A stretch of 59,139 nucleotides of DNA from an uncultured virus (IMG/VR IMGVR_UViG_3300020048_000046) (IMGVR_UViG_3300020048_000046); one strand, 5' to 3'. Positions 1 through 9,896 are shown, numbered from the stretch's first letter. Program-made: numbers and translations. The notes: generated by a model not told the origin, from the sequence alone.

Positions 1-147
1 AAAAAATTTAGATCATATAAATTCCAAAAACAATTTCTAACTGAATACCCTGAGAAATACAAAGATTTAATACAGATAGGTTATCATAAAAAAATAAAAG
101 ATGAATTCGATTGGCTTTTCAATGCTGCAGATATGGGTCTAATGTAA
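1..147 (+). CDS. 3' end of a gene carrying the portable C-terminal 'EFDWLFNAxDMGLM' module (partial)
   Basis: Frame 1 reads KKFRSYKFQKQFLTEYPEKYKDLIQIGYHKKIKDEFDWLFNAADMGLM*, matching the C-termini of ORFs 36022, 36618, 37173, 42763 and 43570. Confidence 0.85.
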   Translation, partial: KKFRSYKFQKQFLTEYPEKYKDLIQIGYHKKIKDEFDWLFNAADMGLM

Positions 148-165
148 AAAATAATATATACTAAT

Positions 166-492
166 ATGGAAACAAAGTTTAATAAATATAAAAATGATAA
201 TCACCTTAAAGATGAGAATGAAATAGATAAATATGAAAAAGAACAAGAAGTAGAAATTGTTCAAATAACTGGTGTGATAAGCCAAGAAGAAGCTGCTAAA
301 ATTGATGAAAATTTTGTGGTTAATGCCGGTGATTTTTCAGGAAAAAATATTAAAAGAGGTGATATTATTTGGTTAAGTTGCTTAATGAAAAAACCAGGAA
401 CATCTTTTTCAGCAAATCAACAAGGTGTTTTAAAATGTAGAGTTAGTGATATTTACTTGGGATTATCAAAATTAAATTCTTTAATGAAATGA
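166..492 (+). CDS. hypothetical protein
   Basis: 108-aa ORF preceded by AATATATA at 153-160. Confidence 0.75.
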   Translation: METKFNKYKNDNHLKDENEIDKYEKEQEVEIVQITGVISQEEAAKIDENFVVNAGDFSGKNIKRGDIIWLSCLMKKPGTSFSANQQGVLKCRVSDIYLGLSKLNSLMK

Positions 493-932
493 GATATTTA
501 AAATACTTTGAAAATCACTATAATATTACCACATCAGAAATATATAATGCCTTGGAAGATTCTATTGAAGAATTTAATAAAAATCATGATAGTGGATGGT
601 ATATGCAAGGAGGATGTTATGAATTTGCATATTCTTTAGTATTGGTACTTAAACATTTTAATGAAGATTATAAAATTTGGACAATGGGTCAAGATATTCA
701 TATAGTTGTAGAATTCAATAATAAATATTGGGATATTTCAGGACCAGAAGAAACATTATATGATAAAGAATATGATTTTTATACGGATGTCGATGAGGAT
801 AGATCTTGGAAAATAATATCAGATAATGATCTTAAAAATTGTATTCACAAATCCGGACATCTATCCGGATATGAAAATGCGATTGAACTTATAAATTCAA
901 TATCTAATGAATTAAATATACCCCCACAGTAA
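489..932 (+). CDS. MKYLKYFE-tagged protein with a possible transglutaminase/papain-like triad
   Basis: N-terminus MRYLKYFEN; GGCYEFA (Cys), HIVV (His) and WDISG (Asp) in triad order. Confidence 0.55.
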   Translation: MRYLKYFENHYNITTSEIYNALEDSIEEFNKNHDSGWYMQGGCYEFAYSLVLVLKHFNEDYKIWTMGQDIHIVVEFNNKYWDISGPEETLYDKEYDFYTDVDEDRSWKIISDNDLKNCIHKSGHLSGYENAIELINSISNELNIPPQ

Positions 933-973
933 TATTTTTTACAAATATATTTTTTTATATCAAAATAAGTTTG

Positions 974-981
974 TATATTTG
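974..981 (+). promoter_or_regulatory. Bacteroidota-type -7 promoter box (TAnnTTTG)
   Basis: TATATTTG in intergenic DNA just upstream of the ATG at 996. Confidence 0.65.
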
Positions 982-995
982 CAAAAAAATAAATT

Positions 996-1274
996 ATGGA
1001 TAAAATAAATAAACTTATTAATAAATGTAAATGTGGTGTCCACATAACAATAAATAGTCATCGAGATTATTATGAAACGGTAGAACAACATTTTAAATCA
1101 AATCCAATTATTCAAGAAGATTTGGAAGATATACCTAAAGAGGTTTATGAAAAAATGATAGAACTAAACACTATAATAGAACTTCAATTTTATCCAGATA
1201 CACCAATTGGATCTTATAAAATTTATCATTATGATTTAGAAATGGCTATTGATGAAGCACTAACTATTATTTAA
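996..1274 (+). CDS. hypothetical protein
   Basis: 92-aa ORF downstream of a promoter box. Confidence 0.75.
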   Translation: MDKINKLINKCKCGVHITINSHRDYYETVEQHFKSNPIIQEDLEDIPKEVYEKMIELNTIIELQFYPDTPIGSYKIYHYDLEMAIDEALTII

Positions 1275-1325
1275 AAAGGTGCCACATTATGATATATATA
1301 TAATATATACTTATAAATAAAGAAA

Positions 1326-1697
1326 ATGGATGATGTAAAAAAAGCTAAAGGATTGAGATCTCAAGTTAATTCGATGTCTGTGGATGCAGAAGTATTAAGA
1401 GTAGAAATCGAAAATAAAAAAACCGAATATAATCAAAAACTCCAAAAAATTAAGAATATTAATTCTGAAATTAGGAAGATTGAAAATAACAAAAAACTTA
1501 AAGTATCAGAACATGCTATTGTAAGATATTTTGAAAGAGTTAAAGGATTCAATATAAGTGAAATAGAAAATGAAATTTTAAATGATTCTGTTTTAGATAT
1601 GGTTGAAAAATTGGGGGATTCCGGAAGATATCCAAATAGTAATAATTATATTGTAGTTTTAAAAAATTCAACAGTAACAACAATAATAACAAAATAA
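1326..1697 (+). CDS. hypothetical protein (coiled coil plus SEHAIVRYFER motif)
   Basis: 123-aa ORF. Confidence 0.75.
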   Translation: MDDVKKAKGLRSQVNSMSVDAEVLRVEIENKKTEYNQKLQKIKNINSEIRKIENNKKLKVSEHAIVRYFERVKGFNISEIENEILNDSVLDMVEKLGDSGRYPNSNNYIVVLKNSTVTTIITK

Positions 1698-1699
1698 TC

Positions 1700-2038
1700 A
1701 TGAAAAAAATATTATCTATTTTATTTATTATATTATCTATGAATATAAGTGCTCAAACATATTCAGCTATTGGTATACTAGAACACAATAAATCTAATTT
1801 TATTGATACTATAAATGTTGTTTTAGTATTAGATACTATTGAAAATAATATTGTTATTGAAACATTAGAATCGGAACCAGAATATTATTCATGGTTTGAA
1901 CAAAAACATTCTAATTCAAAAATTAGGAAATATGTTTTATTGGATGTCAATGATGTAGAAGGAATAATAATATTTAAAAAAGATGAAATTATTATTGTTA
2001 TTGATGATATTAAATATAGATATATTTTAAATAAATAA
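1700..2038 (+). CDS. secreted hypothetical protein
   Basis: Signal peptide MKKILSILFIILSMNISA-Q. Confidence 0.75.
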   Translation: MKKILSILFIILSMNISAQTYSAIGILEHNKSNFIDTINVVLVLDTIENNIVIETLESEPEYYSWFEQKHSNSKIRKYVLLDVNDVEGIIIFKKDEIIIVIDDIKYRYILNK

Positions 2039-2068
2039 AAAAAAATTGGTTTATTCAAATAAATGTTG

Positions 2069-2076
2069 TATCTTTG
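2069..2076 (+). promoter_or_regulatory. Bacteroidota-type -7 promoter box
   Basis: TATCTTTG upstream of ORF 2103. Confidence 0.65.
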
Positions 2077-2102
2077 CAATATAAATCAATAAATAAGATC
2101 AT

Positions 2103-2333
2103 ATGTCAAGTAATCATTATTCCGTAGACGAAGAATTTGAAGTAACCATTGCGGTTAAAGTTAAATTAAAAACTATTACAAATTATCATCAAATGTCCGA
2201 AGAAATAATTTATGAATGTGCTTCTAATATTAAAGAAAATATGACACAACATTTAAAAGATAAAATAACAACTGAATTTTATCAGGAAGATCTATCATGT
2301 ATGTGTGATGGTTGCAATTTTGAAGTAAGATAA
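2103..2333 (+). CDS. hypothetical protein
   Basis: 76-aa ORF. Confidence 0.7.
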   Translation: MSSNHYSVDEEFEVTIAVKVKLKTITNYHQMSEEIIYECASNIKENMTQHLKDKITTEFYQEDLSCMCDGCNFEVR

Positions 2334-2391
2334 AAATACTAATTAGTATTTTTCTATAAATAATAATTAAAAACAAAAACAAAAAAAAAGT

Positions 2392-3408
2392 ATGGCAATT
2401 ACATTGTTTATCGTGTCATTATTGACACTTGGCTATTTTTTAGTAGCAAAAGGAGTGAATAAAGTTTCAACTCAATCATTATCAGATTGGCAATCCGCTG
2501 GATCAAGAACAAATAAACCAAGCGTATTGTTTCTACCCTCACATCCAGCGATTGGAATTATTTCAGGTATTATTATGACTATCTCATTATTTTTCTGGTT
2601 ATTTATTGTAAGTGTAGGACCACAGGAAGTTATGGTTGTGAATACTAAAAAAAGTATTAGTCCAACACCATTATATTCTGGTTGGAGATTAGTTTTGCCT
2701 TGGTATGATACTTATCCTATGGATATTACACAATGGGTATATACATTTTCAAATAAGAAAACAGAAGGTAATAAGGCAGATGAAGATGCAATTTGGGCAC
2801 CAACATCCGAAGGTATCAAAATGGGTTTTGATATGTCAATAAGCTGGAGAATTGATCCAAAGTATGCTCCTTGGATTTATCAAAATATTTCTGAAGCAGA
2901 TGGTTCTCCTGATGGTCGATATAAATGGATTGAAGAAAATATTATTCGGGCAAAAACAAAATCTATTGCTGCATTAACAATTTCTAAATATACACCATTA
3001 CAATGTTATACTTCTGGGAGAATACAAATTCAATCTGAAATTAAAAGATTGCTTGCACGAGAATTATTGTTAATGCATTTTATTTTAGAAGAAGTAAATA
3101 TCCGTGAAGTATTTTACGATCCTAATTTTGAAAAAGAATTAAAGAATACTAAAATCGAGGAACAAAAAGCTAAGACAATGATTGAAATCACAAAACAAAA
3201 TGGTGAATTACTTGTACAGGAACGTATCAAAAAGGATATTGCCATTGAACAAGCTAAGGGAGAAGCTGAAGCATTACGTATTAAAGGAAATGCTATCACA
3301 ACCAATCCGAATATCATTAAACTTAATTGGATTGATAAATGGAATGGGGAATTACCAAATTACATGTTGGGTGATGGACAAGGAATTATGATGAATCTTC
3401 AAAAATAA
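2392..3408 (+). CDS. SPFH/band 7 (prohibitin-like) membrane protein
   Basis: N-terminal TM helices; C-terminal coiled coil with AKGEAEA...NP...WIDKWNGELP. Confidence 0.85.
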   Translation: MAITLFIVSLLTLGYFLVAKGVNKVSTQSLSDWQSAGSRTNKPSVLFLPSHPAIGIISGIIMTISLFFWLFIVSVGPQEVMVVNTKKSISPTPLYSGWRLVLPWYDTYPMDITQWVYTFSNKKTEGNKADEDAIWAPTSEGIKMGFDMSISWRIDPKYAPWIYQNISEADGSPDGRYKWIEENIIRAKTKSIAALTISKYTPLQCYTSGRIQIQSEIKRLLARELLLMHFILEEVNIREVFYDPNFEKELKNTKIEEQKAKTMIEITKQNGELLVQERIKKDIAIEQAKGEAEALRIKGNAITTNPNIIKLNWIDKWNGELPNYMLGDGQGIMMNLQK

Positions 3409-3414
3409 TAAAAT

Positions 3415-3448
3415 AAATTGAAAAGCGGAGAAATTCGCTTTTCAATTT
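3415..3448 (+). terminator. stem-loop, putative intrinsic terminator
   Basis: AAATTGAAAAGCG-GAGAAATT-CGCTTTTCAATTT right after the SPFH stop. Confidence 0.7.
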
Positions 3449-3470
3449 CAAGTAAAAATATAAAAAAATT

Positions 3471-3863
3471 ATGGAAACAAAAATTATTATAATTGGTATT
3501 TTATTAATTTTAATGTTTATATTAATGATTTTTAAACAATATCTTTTAATAGAGTTGTCAATACTATTTTTAGCTTTTATGTTATTCTTTGGATGGGGAT
3601 TATATGGTTGTTTGAATACTACCTCATATTATATAACAAAAGAAAATGTTGAGGTTGCAAAAACAAAATCATGGGTCATTGTATTTTTTAAAGATAATCA
3701 TATAGAAAAATATGATAGGATTTCAGAATGTAATGAAATTAATGATTCAACTAATTTTTACAAGATTACTTATTATAATATGTATGGTGTTGAAAATAGT
3801 AATTCTAAATATATTTATGGAAACATTAAGGCAGACTCATTAAATAAAAAAATAATTAAATAA
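3471..3863 (+). CDS. membrane protein, tandem paralogue A
   Basis: Two TM segments; shares GWGLYG, DNHIEKYD, NEINDST and YNMYG with 3881. Confidence 0.8.
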   Translation: METKIIIIGILLILMFILMIFKQYLLIELSILFLAFMLFFGWGLYGCLNTTSYYITKENVEVAKTKSWVIVFFKDNHIEKYDRISECNEINDSTNFYKITYYNMYGVENSNSKYIYGNIKADSLNKKIIK

Positions 3864-3880
3864 TTAAAAAATAAAAAAAT

Positions 3881-4315
3881 ATGTTAATTTTAAGTGTTAT
3901 AACAGTATTATTAATTTTTTCAATAATCATTTTCTCTGTTTTAGATAAAACAGAAATGGTATTGATATCTGTGATTTTATTAATCATTTTTGGGGTTTTA
4001 GGTTGGGGGTTGTATGGTATATTGGATTTGAAATCTTGTTATATAACAAAAGAGAAAGTTGAAATCTTTAAATCAAAATCTATTATTATTGTTAATTTTG
4101 AAGATAATCATATAGAAAAATATGATAAAATAAAAGATTTCAATGAAATTAATGATTCTACAATATTTTACAAGGTTAATTGCTATAATATGTATGGTGG
4201 ATCATGTCTGTTTACACCAAATTTTTATCTATATAATAATTCGAAAAATAGTTTTTTATATAATAATATAAATAAAAAACTATTATATAGTGAAATTAAG
4301 AAATTAGTAAATTAG
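3881..4315 (+). CDS. membrane protein, tandem paralogue B
   Basis: Paralogue of 3471. Confidence 0.8.
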   Translation: MLILSVITVLLIFSIIIFSVLDKTEMVLISVILLIIFGVLGWGLYGILDLKSCYITKEKVEIFKSKSIIIVNFEDNHIEKYDKIKDFNEINDSTIFYKVNCYNMYGGSCLFTPNFYLYNNSKNSFLYNNINKKLLYSEIKKLVN

Positions 4316-4663
4316 ATGAATAAATTATATAAAATACTAGAAGAAGCTGTTATTAATGGTAATAATTCTTTTGATTTAAAAAAGGATTATTTAATAACAG
4401 AAGATGTTTTATCTGCAATGAGTAAAATTCAAAAAGGTATAAAAACATTAGAAGAAAAGATAATTGAACCAAAATTAATTGGATATTCAAATAAAAAAAT
4501 TGGATATAATAATTATAAACCATTAGATATTGGATCTCCAGTATATTTTTTAAACGGTAGCTATTTAATGTACCAAGAACCTATAAATGGTGGAGAAAAA
4601 GTGAAAATTTTTTTTAGTGAAGCAGCAATATTTAACTATATTAATTTTAGAATAAATGAATAA
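4316..4663 (+). CDS. hypothetical protein
   Basis: 115-aa ORF abutting the previous stop. Confidence 0.7.
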   Translation: MNKLYKILEEAVINGNNSFDLKKDYLITEDVLSAMSKIQKGIKTLEEKIIEPKLIGYSNKKIGYNNYKPLDIGSPVYFLNGSYLMYQEPINGGEKVKIFFSEAAIFNYINFRINE

Positions 4664-4829
4664 AATATTAAAAAAATCATTTGATGGGATAGTTTATTTT
4701 GGGATATTTATAATTTCAATATGTATTGGAATTTATATTGCCGGCACAATTACCGATTATATTTTTAATTTATAAAACTTTTTTCAATAATAACTATATA
4801 AAAAACAATAACTAAAAAACAAGAAAAAA

Positions 4830-6140
4830 ATGGAAGAAATGGATGAAAATACGACAACATCTGATAAAAATGTTTTAGAACAATTTACAACGGATATTAC
4901 AGAATTAGCAAAAAAAGGATTAATTGATCCAGTTATTGGTAGAAATACTGAAATTCAAAGAGTAGCCCAAATATTAAGTCGTAGAACTAAGAATAATACT
5001 GTTTTAGTTGGAGAACCTGGATGTGGAAAAACCGCTATTGTTTTTGGTCTTGCTTTGATGATTATAGATGGAACATGCCCATCTAATTTATTGGATAAAA
5101 AAATTCTATCATTAGATATGAGTTCTATTGTTGCTGGAACTAAATATAGAGGACAGTTTGAAGAAAGAATGAAAGCAATTATTAAAGAAATATCATCAAG
5201 AAAAGATATTATCATTTTTATGGATGAAATTCATAATATTGTAGGTGCTGGTAGTTCATCCGGATCCATGGATGCTTCAAATATGTTAAAACCAGCCCTT
5301 TCAAGAGGTACATTACAAGTTATTGGTGCAACAACTTTCGATGAATATAAAAAATCTATTGAAAAAGATGGAGCATTAGAACGTAGATTTCAAAAGATTA
5401 TTGTAGAACAGCCTACTTCAGAAGAAACAAGAATTATTTTAGAAAATATTAAAGAAAAATATGAAGATTTCCATAATGTTCGATATACCCCAAAATCATT
5501 AGATTTGTGTGTTAAATTATCAGAACGTTTTATCACAGACAGAAGTTTTCCAGATAAAGCTATTGATATTTTAGACGAAGCCGGATCAAGAACTCAAATA
5601 TCAAAATCTGTTCCAGAAGAAATAATTAATTTAAACAATAAAATTAAAGAGGTTATTCATAATAAATTGGAGTCTGTTAAAGATGCAAAATTTGAAAAAT
5701 CTGTTATATTTAGAGATGAAGAACGAAAATTAAAAGAAGATTTGATTATTGCTAAAGAACATTGGAATGAACAAAAATCTAATGATCCAATTATTATTGA
5801 TGAAGATGAAATTCGTTCTGTTGTTTCTATGATTTCTAAAATTCCAATTGAAAAAGTATCAACAAATGATGCTAAAAAATATCTTGAACTTGAAAACACA
5901 TTAAAAAAACATATTATTGGTCAAGATGAATCATTAGCCATATTATCAAAAGCATTAAGGAGAAGTAAGACTGGTATAACAAATCCAAATAAACCATTTT
6001 CTTTCTTAATGATCGGAGGGAGTGGTGTTGGAAAATGTTGTAATATTGATACTTATGTAACCATTAGAAATAAACACACCAATCATGTTGAAAAAATTAA
6101 AATCAAAGATTTTATAAAAAATCTTTCCGACACCAAATAG
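4830..6140 (+). CDS. clpC: ClpC-like AAA+ ATPase, N-terminal half, fused to a split-intein N-fragment
   Basis: DPVIGR, RRTKNN, Walker A GEPGCGKT, Walker B IIFMDEIH, ALERRFQ, PDKAIDILDEAG, UVR-like M domain; second Walker A GGSGVGK is broken off by a Cys-start segment. Confidence 0.92.
   Translation: MEEMDENTTTSDKNVLEQFTTDITELAKKGLIDPVIGRNTEIQRVAQILSRRTKNNTVLVGEPGCGKTAIVFGLALMIIDGTCPSNLLDKKILSLDMSSIVAGTKYRGQFEERMKAIIKEISSRKDIIIFMDEIHNIVGAGSSSGSMDASNMLKPALSRGTLQVIGATTFDEYKKSIEKDGALERRFQKIIVEQPTSEETRIILENIKEKYEDFHNVRYTPKSLDLCVKLSERFITDRSFPDKAIDILDEAGSRTQISKSVPEEIINLNNKIKEVIHNKLESVKDAKFEKSVIFRDEERKLKEDLIIAKEHWNEQKSNDPIIIDEDEIRSVVSMISKIPIEKVSTNDAKKYLELENTLKKHIIGQDESLAILSKALRRSKTGITNPNKPFSFLMIGGSGVGKCCNIDTYVTIRNKHTNHVEKIKIKDFIKNLSDTK
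6036..6137 (+). other. split intein N-fragment (34 aa)
   Basis: CCNIDTYVTIRN...IKIKDF begins exactly after the Walker A Lys and ends at a stop codon. Confidence 0.85.
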
Positions 6141-6152
6141 CCCAAAAACATA

Positions 6153-6198
6153 AAATTTGATCTTTTATTTTTAATATATAAAATAAAAGATCAAATTT
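6153..6198 (+). promoter_or_regulatory. 19-bp perfect hairpin abutting the endonuclease start codon
   Basis: AAATTTGATCTTTTATTTT (6153-6171) pairs with AAAATAAAAGATCAAATTT (6180-6198); loop TAATATAT. Confidence 0.75.
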
Positions 6199-7344
6199 AT
6201 GAAAAAATATAAATTCCGAAGTATTATGTTTTTTGCACATAATCAGAAATGTAATTGTTGTGGATATAATTTATTAACAAATAAACATTATAGTAAGAAA
6301 AATGGTGAATATTATGAAATAATTAAATGTGAAAATGAAGAATGTTTAACAAATAAAGATAAAAAGAAAACTAATTTTGTACTAAAATCATATATCCCTG
6401 AAGATGTATATGATGAAGAAATAAAAAGAAGAAGAAAAAATAACTACTATTGTATAGAATTTTATTTGGAACGGGGATATTCAGAAGATGAAGCAAATAA
6501 TATCATATCAAAAAGGAATTCTTGCTATTCTAAACTAGTTAAAAATAGAAAAGGTAAATCTAAAGTTGAATTAAGAAAAAAAGGTTATACTGAGGAACAA
6601 ATAAAAGAAATATGTTTAACTTCTGCAAATGTAAAATTTTGGATAAATAAGGGGTTTAGTGAAGAGGAATCAATTTTAAAAGTAAAAGAACACCAATCGA
6701 ATGCATCTAAACATGTAGATTATACCAAAAGATTAACAACTGTAAATCTTCAATATTATATAAATAAAGGATTTAATGAAGAGGAATCTAAAAAATTATT
6801 GAAAGAACGTCAAACAACATTTACCTTAAACAAATGCATTGAAAAACACGGATTAGAAAAAGGAACTGATATTTATAATAAAAGGCAGAAAGATTGGTCG
6901 GAAAAAATGAATATAAAATATAAAAATGGGGATTTTTCAAAAACATCTAGCAACAATTATTCTAAAATGGAATTAGAATTTATAAGTGAGGTTATTTCAT
7001 TATGTGAATTAAAAGAAAATGAATATTTTTCAAATCTAACAGAAACATTCTTTATAAGATCAAAAGAATTAAATATTACATTATCATATGATTTTGTGTT
7101 AAAAAATAAAAATAAAGTGATAGAATTTAATGGTGATTATTGGCATTGTAATCCAAATAAATATGTTAATACCTTTGTTCATCCACATAAAAATATGATA
7201 GCTGAAGATATTTGGAAATTTGATGAAATAAAAAATAATTTTATAAAAAATAAAGGATATGAAATTTTGGTGATTTGGGAAAGTGAATATAAAAACAACA
7301 AAGAAAATATATTAAACAATTGTAAGAATTTTTTAACAAAATAA
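6199..7344 (+). CDS. free-standing homing endonuclease, Vsr-like/PD-(D/E)XK C-terminal domain
   Basis: YDF...VIEFNGDYWHCNP and GYEILVIWESE; N-terminal Cys pairs and repeated KG(Y/F)(S/T/N)EE units; lies between the intein halves. Confidence 0.8.
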   Translation: MKKYKFRSIMFFAHNQKCNCCGYNLLTNKHYSKKNGEYYEIIKCENEECLTNKDKKKTNFVLKSYIPEDVYDEEIKRRRKNNYYCIEFYLERGYSEDEANNIISKRNSCYSKLVKNRKGKSKVELRKKGYTEEQIKEICLTSANVKFWINKGFSEEESILKVKEHQSNASKHVDYTKRLTTVNLQYYINKGFNEEESKKLLKERQTTFTLNKCIEKHGLEKGTDIYNKRQKDWSEKMNIKYKNGDFSKTSSNNYSKMELEFISEVISLCELKENEYFSNLTETFFIRSKELNITLSYDFVLKNKNKVIEFNGDYWHCNPNKYVNTFVHPHKNMIAEDIWKFDEIKNNFIKNKGYEILVIWESEYKNNKENILNNCKNFLTK

Positions 7345-7348
7345 AAAT

Positions 7349-7708
7349 ATGGAAAAAATAGAACGTAAATTTACAAAAACATATAATCTATCAGATTATG
7401 AAATTTTAACAGATACTGGTTTTGAAGATATTATAAAACTTCATGAAACAATAGAATATGATGTATATGAATTAAAACTGTGTAATGGGTTATCATTAAA
7501 ATGTGCCGATACTCATATAGTGTTTGATAAAGATGAAAATGAAATTTTTGTCAAAGATCTAATAAAAAATGATGAAATATTAACATCTGATGGTGTATTA
7601 TTTGTTGATAGTGTAGAATTTTTAGGATACAAAGAAAACATGTATGATTTTGAACTGAAAAAAAACACAAATCATAGATACTTTACAAATGATATATTGA
7701 GTCATAAT
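7349..7708 (+). other. split intein C-fragment (120 aa)
   Basis: Block B-like CADTH, block F MYDF, block G ILSHN followed by Thr+1. Confidence 0.88.
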
Positions 7709-8476
7709 ACAGAAACTGCAAAAATTATTGCAGAAGAAGTTTTTGGACCAAACTCATTAATAAAATATGATATGAGTGAATATTCTGAAAAAATAAATAC
7801 TACTAAATTTTTGGGTTCACCGGCATCATATGTTGGTTATGAAGATACTCCTGCAGTTGAGAAAGTAAAAAGAAAACCATTTTCAGTTGTACTGTTTGAT
7901 GAAATTGAAAAAGCCCATCCAGATTTTTATAATATTTTATTACAAATATTAGATGAAGGTCATGTTTCAGATTCACATGGTAGAAGTATAAATTTCAAAA
8001 ATTGTATTATTATTATGACTTCTAATATTGGTGTTAAAAATGCTATATCTATGGGTAAAGGTGTAGGTTTTAATACATCTACATCATTGAAAGAAGATGA
8101 AGCGGTAAAGAATAATATTAAGAAATCTATGAAGGATAAATTTCCACCAGAATTTTTAAATAGAATTTCAAATATTATTCCGTATAATAAATTATCGGAT
8201 GATAATATTAAAAAAATTATTGAAATTCAATTAAATAAATTAAAAACTAGAATAGTTGATTTAGGTTATGATATCACTTGGGAACCAAGTGTTGTTGATT
8301 TCCTATTAAAAGAAGCCTATGATCCAAATTTTGGAGCTAGACCAATTGAAAGAGCTATTCAGACCTTTATTGAAGATTTAATATCAGAAGAAATGTTGAA
8401 AACTGAACCTAAATTTGGATCAATTATAAATATTAAATTTGATGATACCGAAAACAAAATATTTATAACAATATAA
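7349..8476 (+). CDS. clpC: split-intein C-fragment fused to the ClpC C-terminal half
   Basis: After SHN|T: TETAK, DMSEY, SVVLFDEIEKAHPD, IIIMTSN, GVGF ClpP-docking loop, PEFLNRI, FGARP. Confidence 0.92.
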   Translation: MEKIERKFTKTYNLSDYEILTDTGFEDIIKLHETIEYDVYELKLCNGLSLKCADTHIVFDKDENEIFVKDLIKNDEILTSDGVLFVDSVEFLGYKENMYDFELKKNTNHRYFTNDILSHNTETAKIIAEEVFGPNSLIKYDMSEYSEKINTTKFLGSPASYVGYEDTPAVEKVKRKPFSVVLFDEIEKAHPDFYNILLQILDEGHVSDSHGRSINFKNCIIIMTSNIGVKNAISMGKGVGFNTSTSLKEDEAVKNNIKKSMKDKFPPEFLNRISNIIPYNKLSDDNIKKIIEIQLNKLKTRIVDLGYDITWEPSVVDFLLKEAYDPNFGARPIERAIQTFIEDLISEEMLKTEPKFGSIINIKFDDTENKIFITI

Positions 8477-8490
8477 ATATTTTTATTATA

Positions 8491-8523
8491 AAAAAAAGGA
8501 TGTTATAAAAAACATCCTTTTTT
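8491..8523 (+). terminator. putative intrinsic terminator
   Basis: AAAAAAGGATGTT...AACATCCTTTTTT after clpC. Confidence 0.7.
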
Positions 8524-8524
8524 A

Positions 8525-8556
8525 TTTGGAAAATAAAAATAATTATCGTATCTTTG
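8525..8556 (+). promoter_or_regulatory. Bacteroidota-type promoter (-33/-7)
   Basis: TTTG-N20-TATCTTTG. Confidence 0.75.
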
Positions 8557-8573
8557 TAAAAAAAATAAATATT

Positions 8574-8780
8574 ATGAAAGCAAATATATCTTATTTCAAA
8601 AATTCAAATACTGGTGAACTCATAATAAAACATGATTTTTCAGAAACATCTATAGATATTAAAGATGTATATTATGATATATATGAAAAACAAATAATTA
8701 ATCCAAATATGACAGGGTTTGTTTTAATTAAAGCTAAGAAATATTATAAGGAAGCTAAATATAAAAAAGAACATCAATAA
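8574..8780 (+). CDS. hypothetical protein
   Basis: Track ORF 8526; start moved to the ATG downstream of the promoter. Confidence 0.6.
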   Translation: MKANISYFKNSNTGELIIKHDFSETSIDIKDVYYDIYEKQIINPNMTGFVLIKAKKYYKEAKYKKEHQ

Positions 8781-8829
8781 TAAAAAATTATTTGCCTGGG
8801 TTTATGTTATAGTTATTAATTAAAAAAAA

Positions 8830-9387
8830 ATGGAAAAAATGGAAACAAATGTAAATATTATAGATAAAATAAAGGAATTTGCGATAAAAAAACATGAGCA
8901 ACCTTCTGATTCTCAGAGATATGGTTCAAAACCATATTCTTTTCACCTTGAAATGGTAGTGGAAAATATACTTCGATATAAATATTTACTTCCGGATGAA
9001 GATCATGAAGATGCTATTATCTGTGGATGGGGGCATGATCTAATAGAGGATTCTGATGTTACTGCGAAAGTTCTTTTAAAAATGTTCAATCAAAGAGTTG
9101 CAGACACTATATATAGAGTTTCTAATGAAAGAGGATTAGATGAAATAGAAATTTTATTTAAAACTCTTCCAAAAATTTGGCAAAGTGAATTAGCTACATT
9201 TGTAAAGCTATGTGATAGAATGGCGAATGGTAGAAATTCAAAAAATGGTACCTCAGATAAAAGTAAAAGAATGTACTATAAATATAAAACGCAATATCCT
9301 ATTTTCAGATATGCTCTAAAACCAGTAGGTGAGTTTGATGATATGTGGGTTGATTTAGATGAAATTTTTGATTATAAAGGTTTTTAA
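8830..9387 (+). CDS. HD-domain hydrolase, SpoT/Mesh1 (p)ppGpp-hydrolase-like
   Basis: H...R...PYSFHL, GHDLIEDS, VKLCDRMAN. Confidence 0.75.
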   Translation: MEKMETNVNIIDKIKEFAIKKHEQPSDSQRYGSKPYSFHLEMVVENILRYKYLLPDEDHEDAIICGWGHDLIEDSDVTAKVLLKMFNQRVADTIYRVSNERGLDEIEILFKTLPKIWQSELATFVKLCDRMANGRNSKNGTSDKSKRMYYKYKTQYPIFRYALKPVGEFDDMWVDLDEIFDYKGF

Positions 9388-9401
9388 AAAATAAATAAAG
9401 T

Positions 9402-9575
9402 ATGAAAATATCCTTAGAAAAAATAAAACAAAAAGCAATTGAATCCTCTGGAAAAATTCACATTAAAAATGGTGTCGATTTTGCAGAAAAAGAAATAACG
9501 GATAAACTAATTGAATTTAGTGAAACTATTGGTAATCCGGAAATTAAACAATCTTTTATTAATTTTATAAAATAA
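9402..9575 (+). CDS. small hypothetical protein (57 aa, not in ORF track)
   Basis: MKISLEKIKQK...FINFIK* fills the intergenic gap. Confidence 0.6.
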   Translation: MKISLEKIKQKAIESSGKIHIKNGVDFAEKEITDKLIEFSETIGNPEIKQSFINFIK

Positions 9576-9579
9576 TGTT

Positions 9580-9885
9580 ATGGGTGAAAAAGAAAAACTA
9601 ATTAAACAAATTGCTGACGCACAGAAGAAATTAAAAAAATTAGAAGAACAAGAACAAAATTCATTGAAATATTCTGCTATAAAAAAATTAGAAGAATATA
9701 CTTCAGAAGAAAAAATTAAAAAATTTGATGCTCTGTATAATAGTTCATTATCAGAATTAGAAGAAATAGAAAGAAAAAAATATCACGATGATGACTGTGT
9801 ACATTATTTTTGGGAAGCATCGATGGAAATTCTAGCCAGAGATAGAGATAAATTCTGGGAATATTATAATTCAATAATAGATTAA
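9580..9885 (+). CDS. hypothetical protein
   Basis: 101-aa ORF. Confidence 0.75.
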   Translation: MGEKEKLIKQIADAQKKLKKLEEQEQNSLKYSAIKKLEEYTSEEKIKKFDALYNSSLSELEEIERKKYHDDDCVHYFWEASMEILARDRDKFWEYYNSIID

Positions 9886-9896
9886 TAAATAAAAAT

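Noticed and set aside
6140..7349. Group I intron interrupting clpC
   Set aside because: The non-coding flanks are only 58 nt and 4 nt, too short for a ribozyme core; the intein motifs explain the split.
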